Counted from the stretch's first letter, positions 13,962 to 27,877 are shown. The stretch: 64,000 nucleotides of DNA from Octopus sinensis (GCF_006345805.1 NC_043005.1:71734001-71798000); one strand, 5' to 3'. Program-made: numbers and translations. The notes: generated by a model from the letters alone, not told the origin.

Positions 13962-14106
13962 TAAAATTATAATTGAGGGTGTCTAAAAGATGCCACCATG
14001 CTAGAGATAGTAGACTATAAAACCACATCATTGCTTTTTACATGCCACCTGCACAGGAGCCAGTCATGTGGCAACAACCAAGACTCATATATATATGCAT
14101 TATTTA

Positions 14107-14153
<47 letters not shown>

Positions 14154-14802
14154 ATGTATATATGTATGTATGTATGTATATTCATGCATATGCTTATACA
14201 CAGATATGTTAACCATTCCAGAGTTCCAGAATGAGAGTCTAAACAGTTGTTGCTGCAATGAAGAAGCCTTATTCTTTTGTCAAAGATTTGCAACAGAATA
14301 GATTACTTCATTACAATGCCTTTGACGATGTATTCTTATGAACTTTACTTCGGGGAATTAATTTTCTATAAAATAAATATTTTATTTTATACAAATTTAT
14401 TTATAACAATTATCCATGGTTACTGTATATACATTTGAACACATAGATGAATATATGCACATGCATACATGCACATGTGTGCATACATATATATGTGTGT
14501 TCATATTTGTGTATTTATATATAGATATATTTTTAAAATGCATATATATATGTGAGTATATATATATAAATACAGATATGTGTATATAGATGCATACATA
14601 TATACATACATATATATATATATAATATATATATATATATATTATACATACATATATATACATATAGTTTTATATATAATATGTATTCATATAGATAGGT
14701 AGGTACATAAATACTTACATACATGCATACATAGACATATGCACATGCAAATACAATAATGTATATGCACATATATACACAGAAACACACACACACACAT
14801 TC

Positions 14803-14845
<43 letters not shown>

Positions 14846-15145
14846 CTAATGAATGTGTATGCATCATGAAAGCTCCACATCTGCTCATTTGATTCTTAGA
14901 TGTTTTGAAATTTCTGTTTGAAAGAAGGGAAAAAAGGAGGGAGAAATATAGATGAAGAGAACAAGAGAATGGGAGAGAAAGACAGACAGACAAACAGGCT
15001 GACAGACAGACAAAAAGAAAAACTGTCTGACAGTCAGAGAGATCTTAGTTAAAATATTCAGTTGAATTGTTCAAATATTTCTGAGACAATTCAACCATGG
15101 TATCTTTTTGATATTCTTCGAGGAAAGAGATAATTCTGTTTTAAC

Positions 15146-15262
15146 CTAGGAAACCTTTTGTAAAGAGGTCAAACACAAGTCTAATAAACAATTGATCAAC
15201 ATCAGCATTGTGACACAAACAAATGTCAATCCAAACGTCCAGTCTCCAGGAACAGAGCAGTA
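15146..15262 (-). CDS. Penultimate coding exon (117 nt, phase 1-1) of the same gene
   Basis: aataattatttctag|TA CTG CTC TGT TCC TGG...TTC CTA G|gttaaa gives (V)LLCSWRLDVWIDICLCHNADVDQLFIRLVFDLFTKGFL(G), in phase with the 22088 exon. An in-phase alternative donor AAG|gtttcc 9 nt earlier is possible. Confidence 0.75.
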   Translation of the reverse strand, partial: YCSVPGDWTFGLTFVCVTMLMLINCLLDLCLTSLQKVS

Positions 15263-15449
15263 CTAGAAATAATTATTATTGAAACACAAGGTTATGGGAA
15301 TAACTAATCTCTTATACCATCCACCCCACAACCACCACCACCACTTACACACACTCATGCCATTTGCAAGAAAAAAGATTAAGCATTGTTCAAATATTAA
15401 CTAGAAATAATGTGTTGATGAAGAAGACTAGGGTCAATATTAGTAACTG

Positions 15450-15625
15450 GCTATCATCATAACCATTCAACATCCGTTTTCCATGCTGTCATGGGTTGGA
15501 CAGTTTGACAAAGTTGGTGAACCAGAAGAATGTGTCCAGCTCAACTGTCTACTTTGGCACGGTCTCTGTTGCTTGATGCCCTTTCTGGTACCAACCACTT
15601 TACGGAGTGTACAGGTCACTTTTTA
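15450..15625 (-). mobile_element. SINE family E, 3' fragment
   Basis: Tail tccaacccatgacagcatggaaaacggatgtt matches 38500-38862. Confidence 0.65.
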
Positions 15626-15747
15626 CAGGACATCAGCACATATGTTATTTTAATATATTTTGACAATTATTTCAGCAATGATGGGAGACAACTCAGTACA
15701 TATTTCTTTGTTATTATGACCTCATTCACAACATATAAATATCATTG

Positions 15748-15935
15748 AGGTGGCAACCTGGTAGAATCATCAGCATGCTGGGTAAATGCTTAGTGGCATT
15801 TCATTTAACTTTATGTTCTGAGTTCAAATTCTGTTACAGTTCACTTTGCCTTTTATCCTTTTGAAGCCAATAAAATAGGTACCTGCTCATCACTGGGATC
15901 GATGTAACTAACTTCCCTCATCCCTAAAATAGCTG
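15748..15935 (+). mobile_element. SINE family A, degenerate
   Basis: ggtggcaacctggtagaatc...gttctgagttcaaattc...ttgccttttatcctttt. Confidence 0.65.
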
Positions 15936-16037
15936 ACCTGCAAAAATTTGAAACTGGTGTATAGACATCACAGTACTTAATGTAGTAGTTGATGAAAGAT
16001 CACTTAGTAAATGTGAAAGGAAGTTCACTGCCAATCA

Positions 16038-16072
<35 letters not shown>

Positions 16073-16235
16073 CAGAATCATGCCAGATGTTGAGGAGGAG
16101 AGTAAATAGTAATTCAGTGAAGGAGAAGTAGTGAGAGTAATAACTCAGACTGGGTGGAAGTAAGAGAAAGGAATGGATGATAGATGAATAAGGAAAGAAA
16201 GGGTGAAAAAAAATGAGTGTTTCAACTCCGTGTGA

Positions 16236-16269
<34 letters not shown>

Positions 16270-16974
16270 GAGAAGTATGTGAATGTTTGTATGTGTGATT
16301 ATTATGTACTACAGAGAACATGATGAAAGCTAAAGAAAAACCCTAAAAGTACCTACTCTTTGTCAATCTAATGGTAGCACTTTTCTCTCAGTAACACAAT
16401 AATCATTGCTGCTACTGTTGTTTAACCCTTGGTTATCTGTAAACCAAGCAAACCTATGATCAACCGCACTCTAAACATAACCAAAGTGCATTTTTCTATA
16501 TTTCCAGACATAATGTACGAAAGACTACATTTATTCAATATCTTCTCCAATTACTTTCAAAAAGTAGGACATAGTCTGAACAAGATTTGACTGCTAATTA
16601 TAGTAGGTCAAGGAAATACTTGGAGATTTGTTAATGGATCACCAAAAACAATACTTTAAAAGCATCTGACTGCATGTGTGCATATGAGTTTGTGCATACA
16701 AGTATGAATATATTTTTGCATAAACACATAAACTATATATATATGTGTCTGTTTGCTCCAGTAACAGTTCACATCATTGTTGAGTGCATATTGTAGAATG
16801 CATTTTCAATATCCAATATGCACTAATCTATGAGTTCAATCTCCTAAATGATTATTTCTTAAACATGTCTATCAATAGTCATGTATCTTTTATAAGGTTG
16901 CATTTCACTCTGTATTCTGTAACTTTGTGAGGATTAGAGTGTCTGTCTGAAACTATTTCTATGTCTGGATACCA

Positions 16975-17151
16975 GATTGTGTGTATGTGTGTATGAGTAT
17001 GTCTCTGTATATATATATATGTATATATATATATATGTGTGTGTATGCGTGCATATACAAATATTTGTGTATACATATATGTATATATATGAGTGTACAA
17101 CTATAAATGTATATATATATACATACGTATATATATACATATATATATGTA

Positions 17152-17221
<70 letters not shown>

Positions 17222-17600
17222 CGTATATATATATATATACATACGTATATATATATATACATACATATATATATATACATACGTATATATATATATATAT
17301 GTACATACGTGTATATATATGCATACATACGTGTATATATATATATATATATATATATACGTATATATATGTACATACATATATACACACATCTCTCTCT
17401 CTATATATATATACACACATATACAGAATTGCACATGCATGCATAAGTATAAAGTATATTCATATATATGTAAACATCAGTATTTATGTGTCAATATGTG
17501 CATGTGTATGCATGCATAAATGTAAACATGAATATAATATACATACATGCATATATATATATATACACACACATACATACATACATAAATACATACATGG
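16975..17600. repeat. Compound (TA)/(TG)/(CA) microsatellite
   Basis: Dinucleotide array with recurrent catacgtat variants; source of several spurious ORFs. Confidence 0.95.
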
Positions 17601-18235
17601 ACACATGCATATGTATGTATGTGTACAAACACAGAGTAAATTCACTACACACACATATGTACTATATTCCTGTATTGTTCATCGTTAAGATGCAGCGTCT
17701 TGCTGCCTGTTGTAAGGATTCAAATGCTTTTATTGCCTCTCAGAGTTTCTGGTGACACATCATTATCTGAACGTTTTTGAGGTTTCAGTGCCATTCCCAG
17801 CCTCCATCACACCAATTTCTTGACAAGGTAAAAGAGACCTATTTCAAAAGTAGTGGGAAAAAAAAAAAAAAAAAACTCTAAAGATTTATATAAAAACTTT
17901 ATTTCATCTGAACTTAAATCACCACCCCCACAAAGCAATATTAAAAAAATTTTTGAATGACAAAAAAGAAATTAATTCTATCAAAAAGAAACAAGAATAG
18001 GCACTAATTTTTATATATTTCGGATAACGAACTTCTGCTTTATCTGTGTTAATCTCTTTTAATTGAACATTTGGTGGATTCTGAACGCTTTCAATAAAGA
18101 ATATAAAGAAGAAAAATAAGTTATGGAAAAGCAGCTTTAAAATGGTTTAAATTCATATTTCTACAAGTCATTTTCTGTAGAGTTTCTAAACATTTCTCAT
18201 TCATTTATCAGTTTATTATGCATATGTGCACATGA

Positions 18236-18236
<1 letters not shown>

Positions 18237-18310
<74 letters not shown>

Positions 18311-18311
18311 A

Positions 18312-18351
<40 letters not shown>

Positions 18352-18405
18352 CATCTATCTCTTTAGCAATCTATCTATCCAGCCATTTATCCCTCAATCT
18401 CCCTG

Positions 18406-18470
<65 letters not shown>

Positions 18471-18480
18471 ATCTATCTAT
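18237..18480. repeat. (TCTA)n tetranucleotide array
   Basis: Seen directly. Confidence 0.95.
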
Positions 18481-19859
18481 CAATTTATCAATTTATTTCG
18501 TCACCTGAAGAATTACACAGATGACAGTAACTGAATTATAACAGAGGAAATCAATAACTTTGAACGAATAGATAAGTTCTGTTACATAAACTGAGTAATT
18601 TCCTTCACTCTGCATAACTAAGGCTGGTTAAGTGTTTGGTAACTGATTCAAGCAACAACTAGGCAGAGCTTGAGAGGACGTTTTGGTTTGCTGATTGCTA
18701 AGCAACCTCACTAGTGCTGGTTACACTATAGAAGTAAAGTTGCATTGTACACACAGTAGTAGGAAAGAATTCTGACTGCAAAAACCATTCCTGGGGAAGG
18801 TGTGATCCCTTTCCCTACCCCTACCTCTACATCCCTAACCCATTACATCTTGTCAAGGCATCATATCCATACCATCAAGGAAAGTAGATGCAAAACGATG
18901 ACAACTCTTTTGTCAGCATTGATGAAATAAATATAAGTTGATGATGATTTATAAGATGACAAAAGAAAGAATTAAATATATATAAGACTTGTACTGACAA
19001 TAAAAGTGTTTTTTTCTATCACAAAACATCTATTGCATTATCGTATCTTTCATAAAGTCTTTTCAACATCGTTTTACCTATGCACCACCTTCTTTCTTTA
19101 TATCATCCATTCATTGTCGGACAATTGAGTCAATTATCAGACTTCTCTTGATCAAGTGTACTCAGCAACAAACCATCTACCAACTTGATAATCTTCTTGA
19201 ACAGCGGTTATGAATATTTTATTATCAGGACACATTTTATTTTTTCGAATCAAAATTTCTAATCTTCTTTAGTTATATTTTCTTTTTATTTTATTTCATT
19301 TTTATTTTATTCAAATAAAAAAGCAATTTTTTTAGAAATTTAATAAAATTAACTTTTGACACTTTCTTGAGGAAATATTTCTGAGATTTTGTTTGCAGTA
19401 AATTTTGTTTTGTAACCTTTATGTCCCTGGATTATCGTTTAATATATTCATGAACATTTTATATTTTATATAAAAGCTCACTTTTCAAATACAGAGTTTC
19501 ATGTTCAGTCCCACTGTGCAGCACCTTGGGCAAGTATTTTCCGCTGTAGTCCCATGCTGGTCAATGCATTGGGAATGTATTTGGTTGAAGGAAACTGTGT
19601 TGAAGCCCATTGTGTGTGTGTGTATGTGTGTGTGTATGTGTGTGAGTGTGTGAGTGTGTGTGTACAGAGACAAACAGACAGAGCAAGACAGAGAGAGAGA
19701 GAAAGAGAGATGTATATATATGTGTGTTCAGATCGACAGCAGGTGTTGGTTTGTTTACATCTAAATAAATCAGCAATTCAGCAATAAGAACCAAAATAAT
19801 AAGTACTAGACTTAAAAACAAAACAAAACAAAAAATATCTAGTACTGGAGTTAATTCGT

Positions 19860-20138
19860 TTGATCAACGGAAAAGCTTGCTCATGAAATTGACGTGCAAG
19901 TGGCTGAGCACTCCACAGACATGTGTACCCTTAACATAGTTCTCGGGGAGATTCAGCATGACACAAAGTGTGACAAAGCCGGCCCTTTGAAATACAGGTA
20001 CTACTCATTTTTTCTAGCTGAGTTAACTGGAGCAACGTGAAATAAAGTGTCTTGCTCAAGGACACAACACGTTAGCAGGAATTGAACTCACGACCTTACG
20101 ACTATGAGCCAAATGCCCTAACCACTAAGCCACACACC
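19860..20138 (-). mobile_element. Mosaic SINE: family D head joined to family C tail
   Basis: 19990-20138 matches the D head (ctggagcaacgtgaaataaagtgtcttgctcaag); 19860-20000 matches the C tail (gtggctgagcactccacagac...ggccctttgaaatacaggtac). Confidence 0.75.
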
Positions 20139-20159
20139 TTCATATATATATATATATAT

Positions 20160-20195
<36 letters not shown>

Positions 20196-20439
20196 AGCAC
20201 ACGCACACACACACATATATATGCACATGCATATTTATAGATAGTGAGCTCTTCTGATTTTATGAATTAATGAAAACAGAGTTTCTCATTGAAGCATTAA
20301 ATCACTAAGATAAATCTACTCTACACTTATATTTAACTGCTTTACAATTACCTTTCACTTGTGTAGAGTTCTCTTTAGATTTCTAATCTCTGATCTTTGA
20401 TTTAAGAATTTTTATGTACATACACACATGCAAGCATGC

Positions 20440-20822
<383 letters not shown>

Positions 20823-21037
20823 ATATATATATAATCAAAATAAGCAACTAGGATATCCAGAGGATACCTCTGGATATCTTTGTTGCTTATTTTGATTTTA
20901 ATCACCCTACTTAGAAATTGTATGGATAATACCATATTAAATTCTGGTACTTTGAACACTGAATGCAGAGTTCCAAGCAACCGTAGTGGTGCATCTTGTG
21001 TGGGAACTAATGATATAAACTTGTGTTTATCATAAAT

Positions 21038-21084
<47 letters not shown>

Positions 21085-21099
21085 AGGATATATATATAT

Positions 21100-21640
21100 A
21101 TATTAGACAAAATGAGATAGCAAAGCCAAGGCTGTGAAGAGTTTTCAGGACATTTATAAGTAAAAAGATATAAATATAGTCTTACAGCTGTTTGTGGGAT
21201 ATTATGGATATCCCTTCATCAGAGACGATGTGAGATGGTTAATTATATAAGAATAAGCATATTAAAAGGCGTCTGTGCGAAAACTCATTTAAATAAAAGT
21301 GTTGGAAACGACTGAAATATATATTATGCATTAATTTATTCCATGCTTTTCTTCATTCAACTTCACTCTTATTACTCTTTTATGCTTTATCACCTTTTAT
21401 TGGTGTATGCATGGGTATTTTATTCTATTTAGGTTTTACCATCGGGTCCCTATTGTTTTAATATATATTTATATTTGATTTTTGATAATTTGGGAATGAT
21501 ATAAAGTTGTTTGGACTGATTGGAGTGTTTATTCATTATACCTTTCAATTTATTTCTCCTTTCTCCTCGGTATCACCTGAGCACTTCCAGCTGCAGTCCC
21601 ATCTTTATTTTTCTTCTTAAGTTTAACAAAATTACATTTC
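21100..21640 (-). mobile_element. Penelope-like element remnant (decayed GIY-YIG C-terminus plus pseudo-LTR)
   Basis: Weak RYNE / LSK-I / AYTNKR-like traces on the minus strand, followed by a hammerhead motif, which is the PLE 3' arrangement. Confidence 0.5.
21176..21230 (-). ncRNA. Type I hammerhead ribozyme motif, catalytic G12 mutated
   Basis: Minus strand: GTCT-CTGATGA-A-GGGATAT-ccata-ATATCCC-A-CAAAC-AGCT-GTA-AGAC; helix I GTCT/AGAC, 7-bp helix II, palindromic helix III, GUA cleavage triplet; GAAA reads CAAA. Confidence 0.75.
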
Positions 21641-22087
21641 GGTTTAACAAAGTTATAAATAAAAATAATACATTTCTAAATCTCTCAGAGAGATTTATGC
21701 AGCCGTGATACGATAAAGTAGTTGTATGCTGTCAACTTAATGTGACAGTCCCATGAAGGGAATATTGGTAAGGTACAGGCATAGCTGTATGGTTAAGGAT
21801 TTGGAATTGTAACCATTTAGTTTAGAATTCAGTCCCATTGTGTAAGATTTTGGGCAAATGTCTTCTACTATAGCCTAAGGTTGACCAGTGCTTCACAAGT
21901 GAAGTAGACAGAAACATTGATGTGATATAAACGAAATTTGGTTGCTATTTCTTTGGGTCAAGCAGTGACTACATAGGGTCTCCCTTGTTAGCTTTAGACA
22001 TTGTATCTTCTTCGTAAATGGTGAATTGTGACCTGGGCCAATTTTTATATATCATTCTATCTATCTAACTATTAAAAAAAAATGTAC

Positions 22088-22357
22088 CTTTAGCTGAGAA
22101 AAACTCAGGAGTATTAACAGTAGAACCAAGTGCACTATTACTAATGACCATTTCAAGAAGAGCCAATGTTAAGTTCAAAGAATTCCATGGATGCAACGAG
22201 AGTTTGGAGTGGAATGCTTTTTCATCAGTCTGACTAGTTCTCGACATACTAAAAGAGCATGAAATATTATGTGTGTCCCAGTGAGCCAGTGGGTTATGAA
22301 ATTCACCTTTACTAAGCAGCATTTGGGGAAACTTCTGTAAACAAAATGTCTGCATCG
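22088..22357 (-). CDS. Internal coding exon (270 nt, phase 1-1) of an unidentified protein-coding gene
   Basis: Minus strand: catacatttatcag|CG ATG CAG...GCT AAA G|gtacat. Non-repetitive; only one frame is open (MQTFCLQKFPQMLLSKGEFHNPLAHWDTHNISCSFSMSRTSQTDEKAFHSKLSLHPWNSLNLTLALLEMVISNSALGSTVNTPEFFSAK). Overlaps ORF 22065..22457. Confidence 0.8.
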
Positions 22358-22779
22358 CTGATAAATGTATGAATATATGGCTTGGCTTCAAGAAAGTAAT
22401 AAAAGTCTTTGGACAAATAGATGAAATAAAAATATATAGAATATAAACTTTATTCAATAATAGACATCAATAAATGGTGATTTCTTAAAGTTTAAGACAT
22501 ATACACTCATATGTATGTATGTGTGTACATGTATGTACATGTTTTTGTATGCATGTGTACGTATACATGTATATATATATATACATGCTTATGTGTATAT
22601 ATGTTTGTTTGTATGCACACATATATGAATATATGGATGTGCAAGTGTGTGTGTGTTTATGTGAATTTATGTATACAAGTATATGTGTGTGAGTGTGTGT
22701 ATGTATTTGTGCATGTGAGTATATGTATATGCATATATGAATATGTAAATATGTTTATATAAATATATACAAATGCATG

Positions 22780-22814
<35 letters not shown>

Positions 22815-22901
22815 GCATATATGCATGTGTGTGTATATATATATATATATGCATATATGCATGTGTGTGTATATATATATATGTGCATGTGTGTGTGTGT
22901 G

Positions 22902-22940
<39 letters not shown>

Positions 22941-23119
22941 CTGAGTGTATTTCTTAGTAGGGATAGATAAACAAAAATAAGTAAATAAATAAATTAATTA
23001 AATATAAACATAAATGTAAAACAAAAACAAAAAGAAAGAAAAGTATTGATTTCTTCTCCCCTAAGATTTATGACTCATTGGTGCATTTGAGTGCTTCGAG
23101 AGATAGCTGAACCAATATT

Positions 23120-23470
23120 TCAAGAATTATAGGTTTCTATGAAAACAGCAAACCTGCACAATCCACACCGACCATCCCCAATGACAGCCTCCACCAATAT
23201 AATCTTGTGCCACTGTTATCATCATTACCATCATTACCATCCACATCATCGACATCAGCTTCACACTATAGTCATCATCATCATTGTCATCACCAACTCT
23301 ATCACCACCATTATCACTGTCATAACCAATACCATCGCCACCAGTGCTGCCATTACCACTGCAACCATTACTGTTACTACTGCTGCCTTTACTTCTGCTG
23401 CTGGTACAATTGTTACCGCTTTGACCTTCTCCACCATGATGGTTATCACTAACTTGCCTATTATAACCAT

Positions 23471-23506
<36 letters not shown>

Positions 23507-24530
23507 CCATTACTCCACCACCATTTCTGCCATTGTCACTACCAACATGACTACCACTATCACTACATCCAACACAACAACCGGCATCACTGCTACCATA
23601 ACTATTACCCCGCCCCCATCTATAACAACAACAATGGAGGCACGTGGCTTAGTGGTTAGGGTGTCAGCATCATGATCGTAAGATTGTGGTTTCGATTCCT
23701 GGACCAGGCGACACGTTGTGTTCTTGAGCAAAACACTTCATTTCACATTGCTCCAGTCCACTCAGCTAGCAAACATGAGTAACGCTGCGATGGACTGGTG
23801 TCCCATCCAGCTGGAGAACACATACGCCATTGAAACTGGGAAACCAGGCCCATGAGCCTGGCCAGGCTTTAAAAGGGTGCATTTATTATTTTATAACAGC
23901 GGTACTACATCTTCAACTACAGTCATTTTATTAACCACTACAACCAACACTATACCATCTCTGCAACCACATCACCACCACTATTGTACCTCTACTACTA
24001 TTACTACCATCAACATCAGCAGTAGCAGTAACAGCAATAAGACTACTGCTACCACCTATACAAGCACCACCGACACCTGAACAATCATTACAATCATACC
24101 ATGACCACCACTTCAACTACTGCTCCATCACAACAACCATACCACTGCCGCTGCCATCAGCCAACCACCACTATTAAGAACAACCACCTCAACTTTTACC
24201 ACCACCACAACCACCACTACCATACCAGTATGACTATCATATCATAATCACCACAACCATCTCAACAACCACGAACAGCAACAACAACAGCAGCAACACA
24301 ACTGCAACCGTCTATACAGCCAACTACACAACTACCATAGCCACCACGACCACAATATTATGACTATCATACCACTACCATGACCACCAACATTGACAAC
24401 AACAACCACTACCATAACATAACCACCACAAACAAGAACAAAAAAACACACAATCACCACCACCACCCACTGCCTCCAATATGACAACCTACAATTACTC
24501 CAGCACCATCACCACCATCAGCATCTTCCT
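23120..24530. repeat. Trinucleotide mosaic (CAT/ACT/ACC/AAC) low-complexity region
   Basis: Degenerate triplet runs producing Thr/His/Val-rich pseudo-ORFs; interrupted by a SINE. Confidence 0.85.
23636..23890 (+). mobile_element. SINE family D, full length
   Basis: GGAGGCACGTGGCTTAGTGGTTAGGG (A box), GGTTTCGATTCC (B box), GTGTTCTTGAGCAAAACAC block, TTA tail; matches 61098. Confidence 0.85.
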
Positions 24531-24956
24531 TCTGTCCCTATTAATCAGCAATTTGATCAACAATCAATTATTGTTTGACCACTGTTTCATGGATTCTTTA
24601 GTTGGTTTGACAGCCATTATAGTGAACAGACCTTCATCTTAATTTACTGACACTATCTTCAGCATCTTTAGCATCATCACAATCACAAGCACATCAGAAA
24701 CAGCAAACAGCCCAGCAAAGCTGTCTCTACGTGGTTAATCAATATACAAGAAATAACTACCAGATCACTCTTGTATCACATTCTTCCTGCTGTTTCAAAT
24801 AAAGTTAGAATGCATTAAGATAATGTAGTCCAAAATGCAAATGAAATAGGCAGGATGGTCAAAGACTGACCTTTGTAGTTCAGCTGAGACTGGTCTGACA
24901 TCAAGAAATAGCCACCAAATTACTCTCATTTCACACACCATGTTGTCTTATAGTAT

Positions 24957-25351
24957 ACTAGCAGAATCGCCCGGCGTTGCTCGGATTTGTTTCGACCCTT
25001 TAGAATTGGAATTTTTGAAAAGTAAAATGTTTGCATTACGTAGCTTGTTATTCTCTTTAAGTGAACATTTTTCTTGTTGAAATACACGGAAAAATGGCGA
25101 CACGGCAGTCAAAAAATCGTATAAAATAGGGATTTTCATAGAAAAAAAAGCACCTTTTTGATGTAAATAATTTTCGGTGTTAACATGGTCCGATTTGAAT
25201 TTTTTCTTCTACGAAAGGAAGAGCAAGCCTTCTTCTATCATACTCTCAATTTTGGTCAACTTGCGCCGCAGGGTCTCGGAGGAGATAGTGCTAGTTGAAG
25301 GCTACCAAACCTGCCATACACAGACAACTTCAGCTTTATATATAAAGAGAT
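24957..25351 (+). mobile_element. Non-autonomous Helitron/HINE-like element
   Basis: 5' ACTAGCAGAATCGCCCGGCGTTGCTCGG, 3' TTTATATATAAAGAGAT; second copy at 1-97; no TSD. Confidence 0.7.
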
Positions 25352-25374
25352 ATCCTATTGAAACTATCTCTTTC

Positions 25375-25595
25375 AATAAGTGGTTAGTATCACACTCCCC
25401 TTTAAATGGGATGCCAATCCATTATAGGGTTAACATCCCAGCTATTGCTGGAATTCTTTTACAGCTGAGTGAACTGGAGCAACATGAAATGAAAGGGTCT
25501 GCTCATGAACATAATGCACTAGTTTGTCTGGGAACTGAAACCACAGTCTTACAACTATGAGTACAACACCCTAACTGCTAGGCCATGTGCTTTCA
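25375..25595 (-). mobile_element. SINE family D, degenerate
   Basis: Reverse match to 23636-23890. Confidence 0.65.
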
Positions 25596-25849
25596 CTAAT
25601 GCATTACATAATTTCAACATACGTTTGGCCCACTCCGAGTGGCTCACCATGTGTCATCCAAACATATATATAGACCCAAACATACCACCAACTTTGAATC
25701 TTTGGTTAGAAATTAATGTTTCTGTACTTGGAATCAGGAATCCCTCCTCTTTTACAAAACCTATTTACACCCCCAACAGTCTAAATGAGATGAGTTTTCA
25801 GCTAATTAATCACAAATATGATGCTGTACCAATTTAGCTTAGTTTGGTC

Positions 25850-26170
25850 ATCTTCCCAGATGCTTCAATGATTTCAAGTGAGCACACCGTCCATCACAGT
25901 CCTCCTTAATTCAGCAACATTTGCCATTCAATTGTCCTGAATCAAGTTGTTCACACAGATTAGATGTTTTCTTCGCAGTTCATTCTTTCTCCAACTGATG
26001 GACATCAGACTAGTTGTCCACACAGATTCTTCTTTGCTTGTACACAATGACCAACAATTCTTCTTCTTCCCAACTGAATCTTCTCAGCCACTTTGGTTTG
26101 GTATGAAACAAGGGACTCTTGACTGGTTGTCCAATCTCCCCTCAGTTAACTCAGTCATTCATGCCCACCA
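25850..26170 (-). mobile_element. Decayed RTE-type LINE 3' fragment
   Basis: KIQLGRRRIVGHC...VNNLIQD...ELRRTVMD resembles the RTE ORF end. Confidence 0.55.
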
Positions 26171-26484
26171 CAACACATTACAGTAAGATACTTATTGGAT
26201 AAATAAAATACATAAGGTTCAATAGAATAACAGTTTATATATCCTACTGAAACAATCTCTTATAATTAGCTTTTTCTTTTTATTAGTTTTTGGTAACAGA
26301 ATTTCTTATTTTGCGATATTTCAATGTGGTGCTAAAATGTAAAAGAAAACACCATCCATAAACATCAAATGACAATTAAATATTGATTACTTGTCACCAA
26401 TCATCAGGCTATTGTTTATGGAGAAAGTAAAAGCTTAGTGTATCAACTTCATTAATTTACCTATCTATTTATCCATCCATATAT

Positions 26485-26655
26485 ATTTTATTGCCCACAG
26501 GGGGCTAAACATAGAGAGGACAAACAAGGACAGACAAAGGGATTAAGTCGATTATATTGACCCCAGTGCGTAACTAGTACTTATTTAATCGACCCCAAAA
26601 GGATGAAAGGCAAAGTCGACCTCGGTGAAATTTGAACCCAGAACATAACAGCAGA
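26485..26655 (-). mobile_element. SINE family A, 5'-truncated
   Basis: Body and tail match 2292-2526. Confidence 0.8.
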
Positions 26656-26659
26656 CTTT

Positions 26660-27000
26660 GGACCTCATGGAAGTGATGACAAGTGACCAAGACCTTTGGT
26701 GATATGCTGTATTTTAGAAGTCTCTTCAAGCCAAGTGATATCATATTCATGGTTAATGCTGGTGACACATAAGTGACATTTGTGCCAGTGGCATATAAAA
26801 AGCACCCATGCCTATGGCATATTAAAAGCACTCATTATACTCTTGGTGTGGTCAGCATTTGAATGGGCATTCAGCCATAGAAAACCATGCCAAATCAGAC
26901 TGGAACTTGGTGCGGCTATCTGGCTCAGCAGTTCCAATCAAACCATCTAAACTATGCCAGCATGGAAAGCAGATGCTAATGATGATGATGATGATGATAT
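26660..27000 (+). mobile_element. SINE family E
   Basis: gtgccagtggcatataaaaagcaccc ... cagcatggaaagcagatgctaatgatgatgat. Confidence 0.75.
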
Positions 27001-27044
27001 ATTATATATATATATATATATATATTATATATTATATATTCTTA

Positions 27045-27230
27045 TATTCGTTTAGTCAAGCTGGGGCACTGCCTTTAGTCGAGCAGATCAACCCCAGGAC
27101 TTATTCTTTGTAAGCATAGTACTTATTCTATCAGTCTCTTTTGCCAAACCACTAAGTTACAGGGACGTAGACACACCAACATCGGCTGTCAAGTGATGGT
27201 GGTGGGAACAAACACAGACACACACACACA
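27045..27230 (-). mobile_element. SINE family B, 3' part
   Basis: Matches the B tail. Confidence 0.75.
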
Positions 27231-27831
27231 CTATCACATTCTGAGAGTTTGGAATTCACAAAAGAGATTATAATGTCCAAATCAAGTGTTGATTTGAAGT
27301 ATAGAAGACACAACCAAACCACATATATTATTGAAAACCTGAATGTTATAAGGTTGTTGCTGTAGTTGTTAATAATGTTGATGTTTGTGCTATTGACGAT
27401 GATAATGAAGCTGATGATGTTGATGATGGTGGTGCTGGTTGTCGTTTTGATAATGATGATGAGGAGGAGGATGAAGGTTACAATGTTTCACGCAATAGCC
27501 ATATGAGCCAGGGAAACAGCTCTTACAAAAATATTTTGCTTAGAGCTGCCTTTTTTCTTTGTCACACTGAACACACACCACACACATACACACACACATA
27601 CATATACACAATGTTAATAGACTCCCATGAGGTCACAGTTGTTTTTACTTGTATATATATATTTGTTGATTTTACATCCATTATCATCAACTTAAGTAAT
27701 TAAATTCTCATTTAATGGAAATTATCAAACTTCATCAGTTAATACTTGTCTGTTCCCATTAGGTTTAATATACATATACATATATATATGCATATATATA
27801 TATGCAAATATATACACATATATGTATATAC

Positions 27832-27877
<46 letters not shown>

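Noticed and set aside
16934-17688. Long ORFs of 160-190 aa (YIYI/VCVC), and similar ones at 4694-5149, 20414-20851, 53249-54637 and 57251-57859
   Set aside because: Translations of di- and tetranucleotide microsatellites, which lack stop codons; no coding signal.
23636-23710. tRNA-like sequences at SINE heads
   Set aside because: A and B boxes only, with no complete cloverleaf; each is attached to a SINE body, so these are not tRNA genes.
23127-24116. Thr/His/Ser-rich mucin-like ORFs
   Set aside because: Triplet-repeat mosaics open in several frames on both strands; one runs into a SINE head; no splice support.
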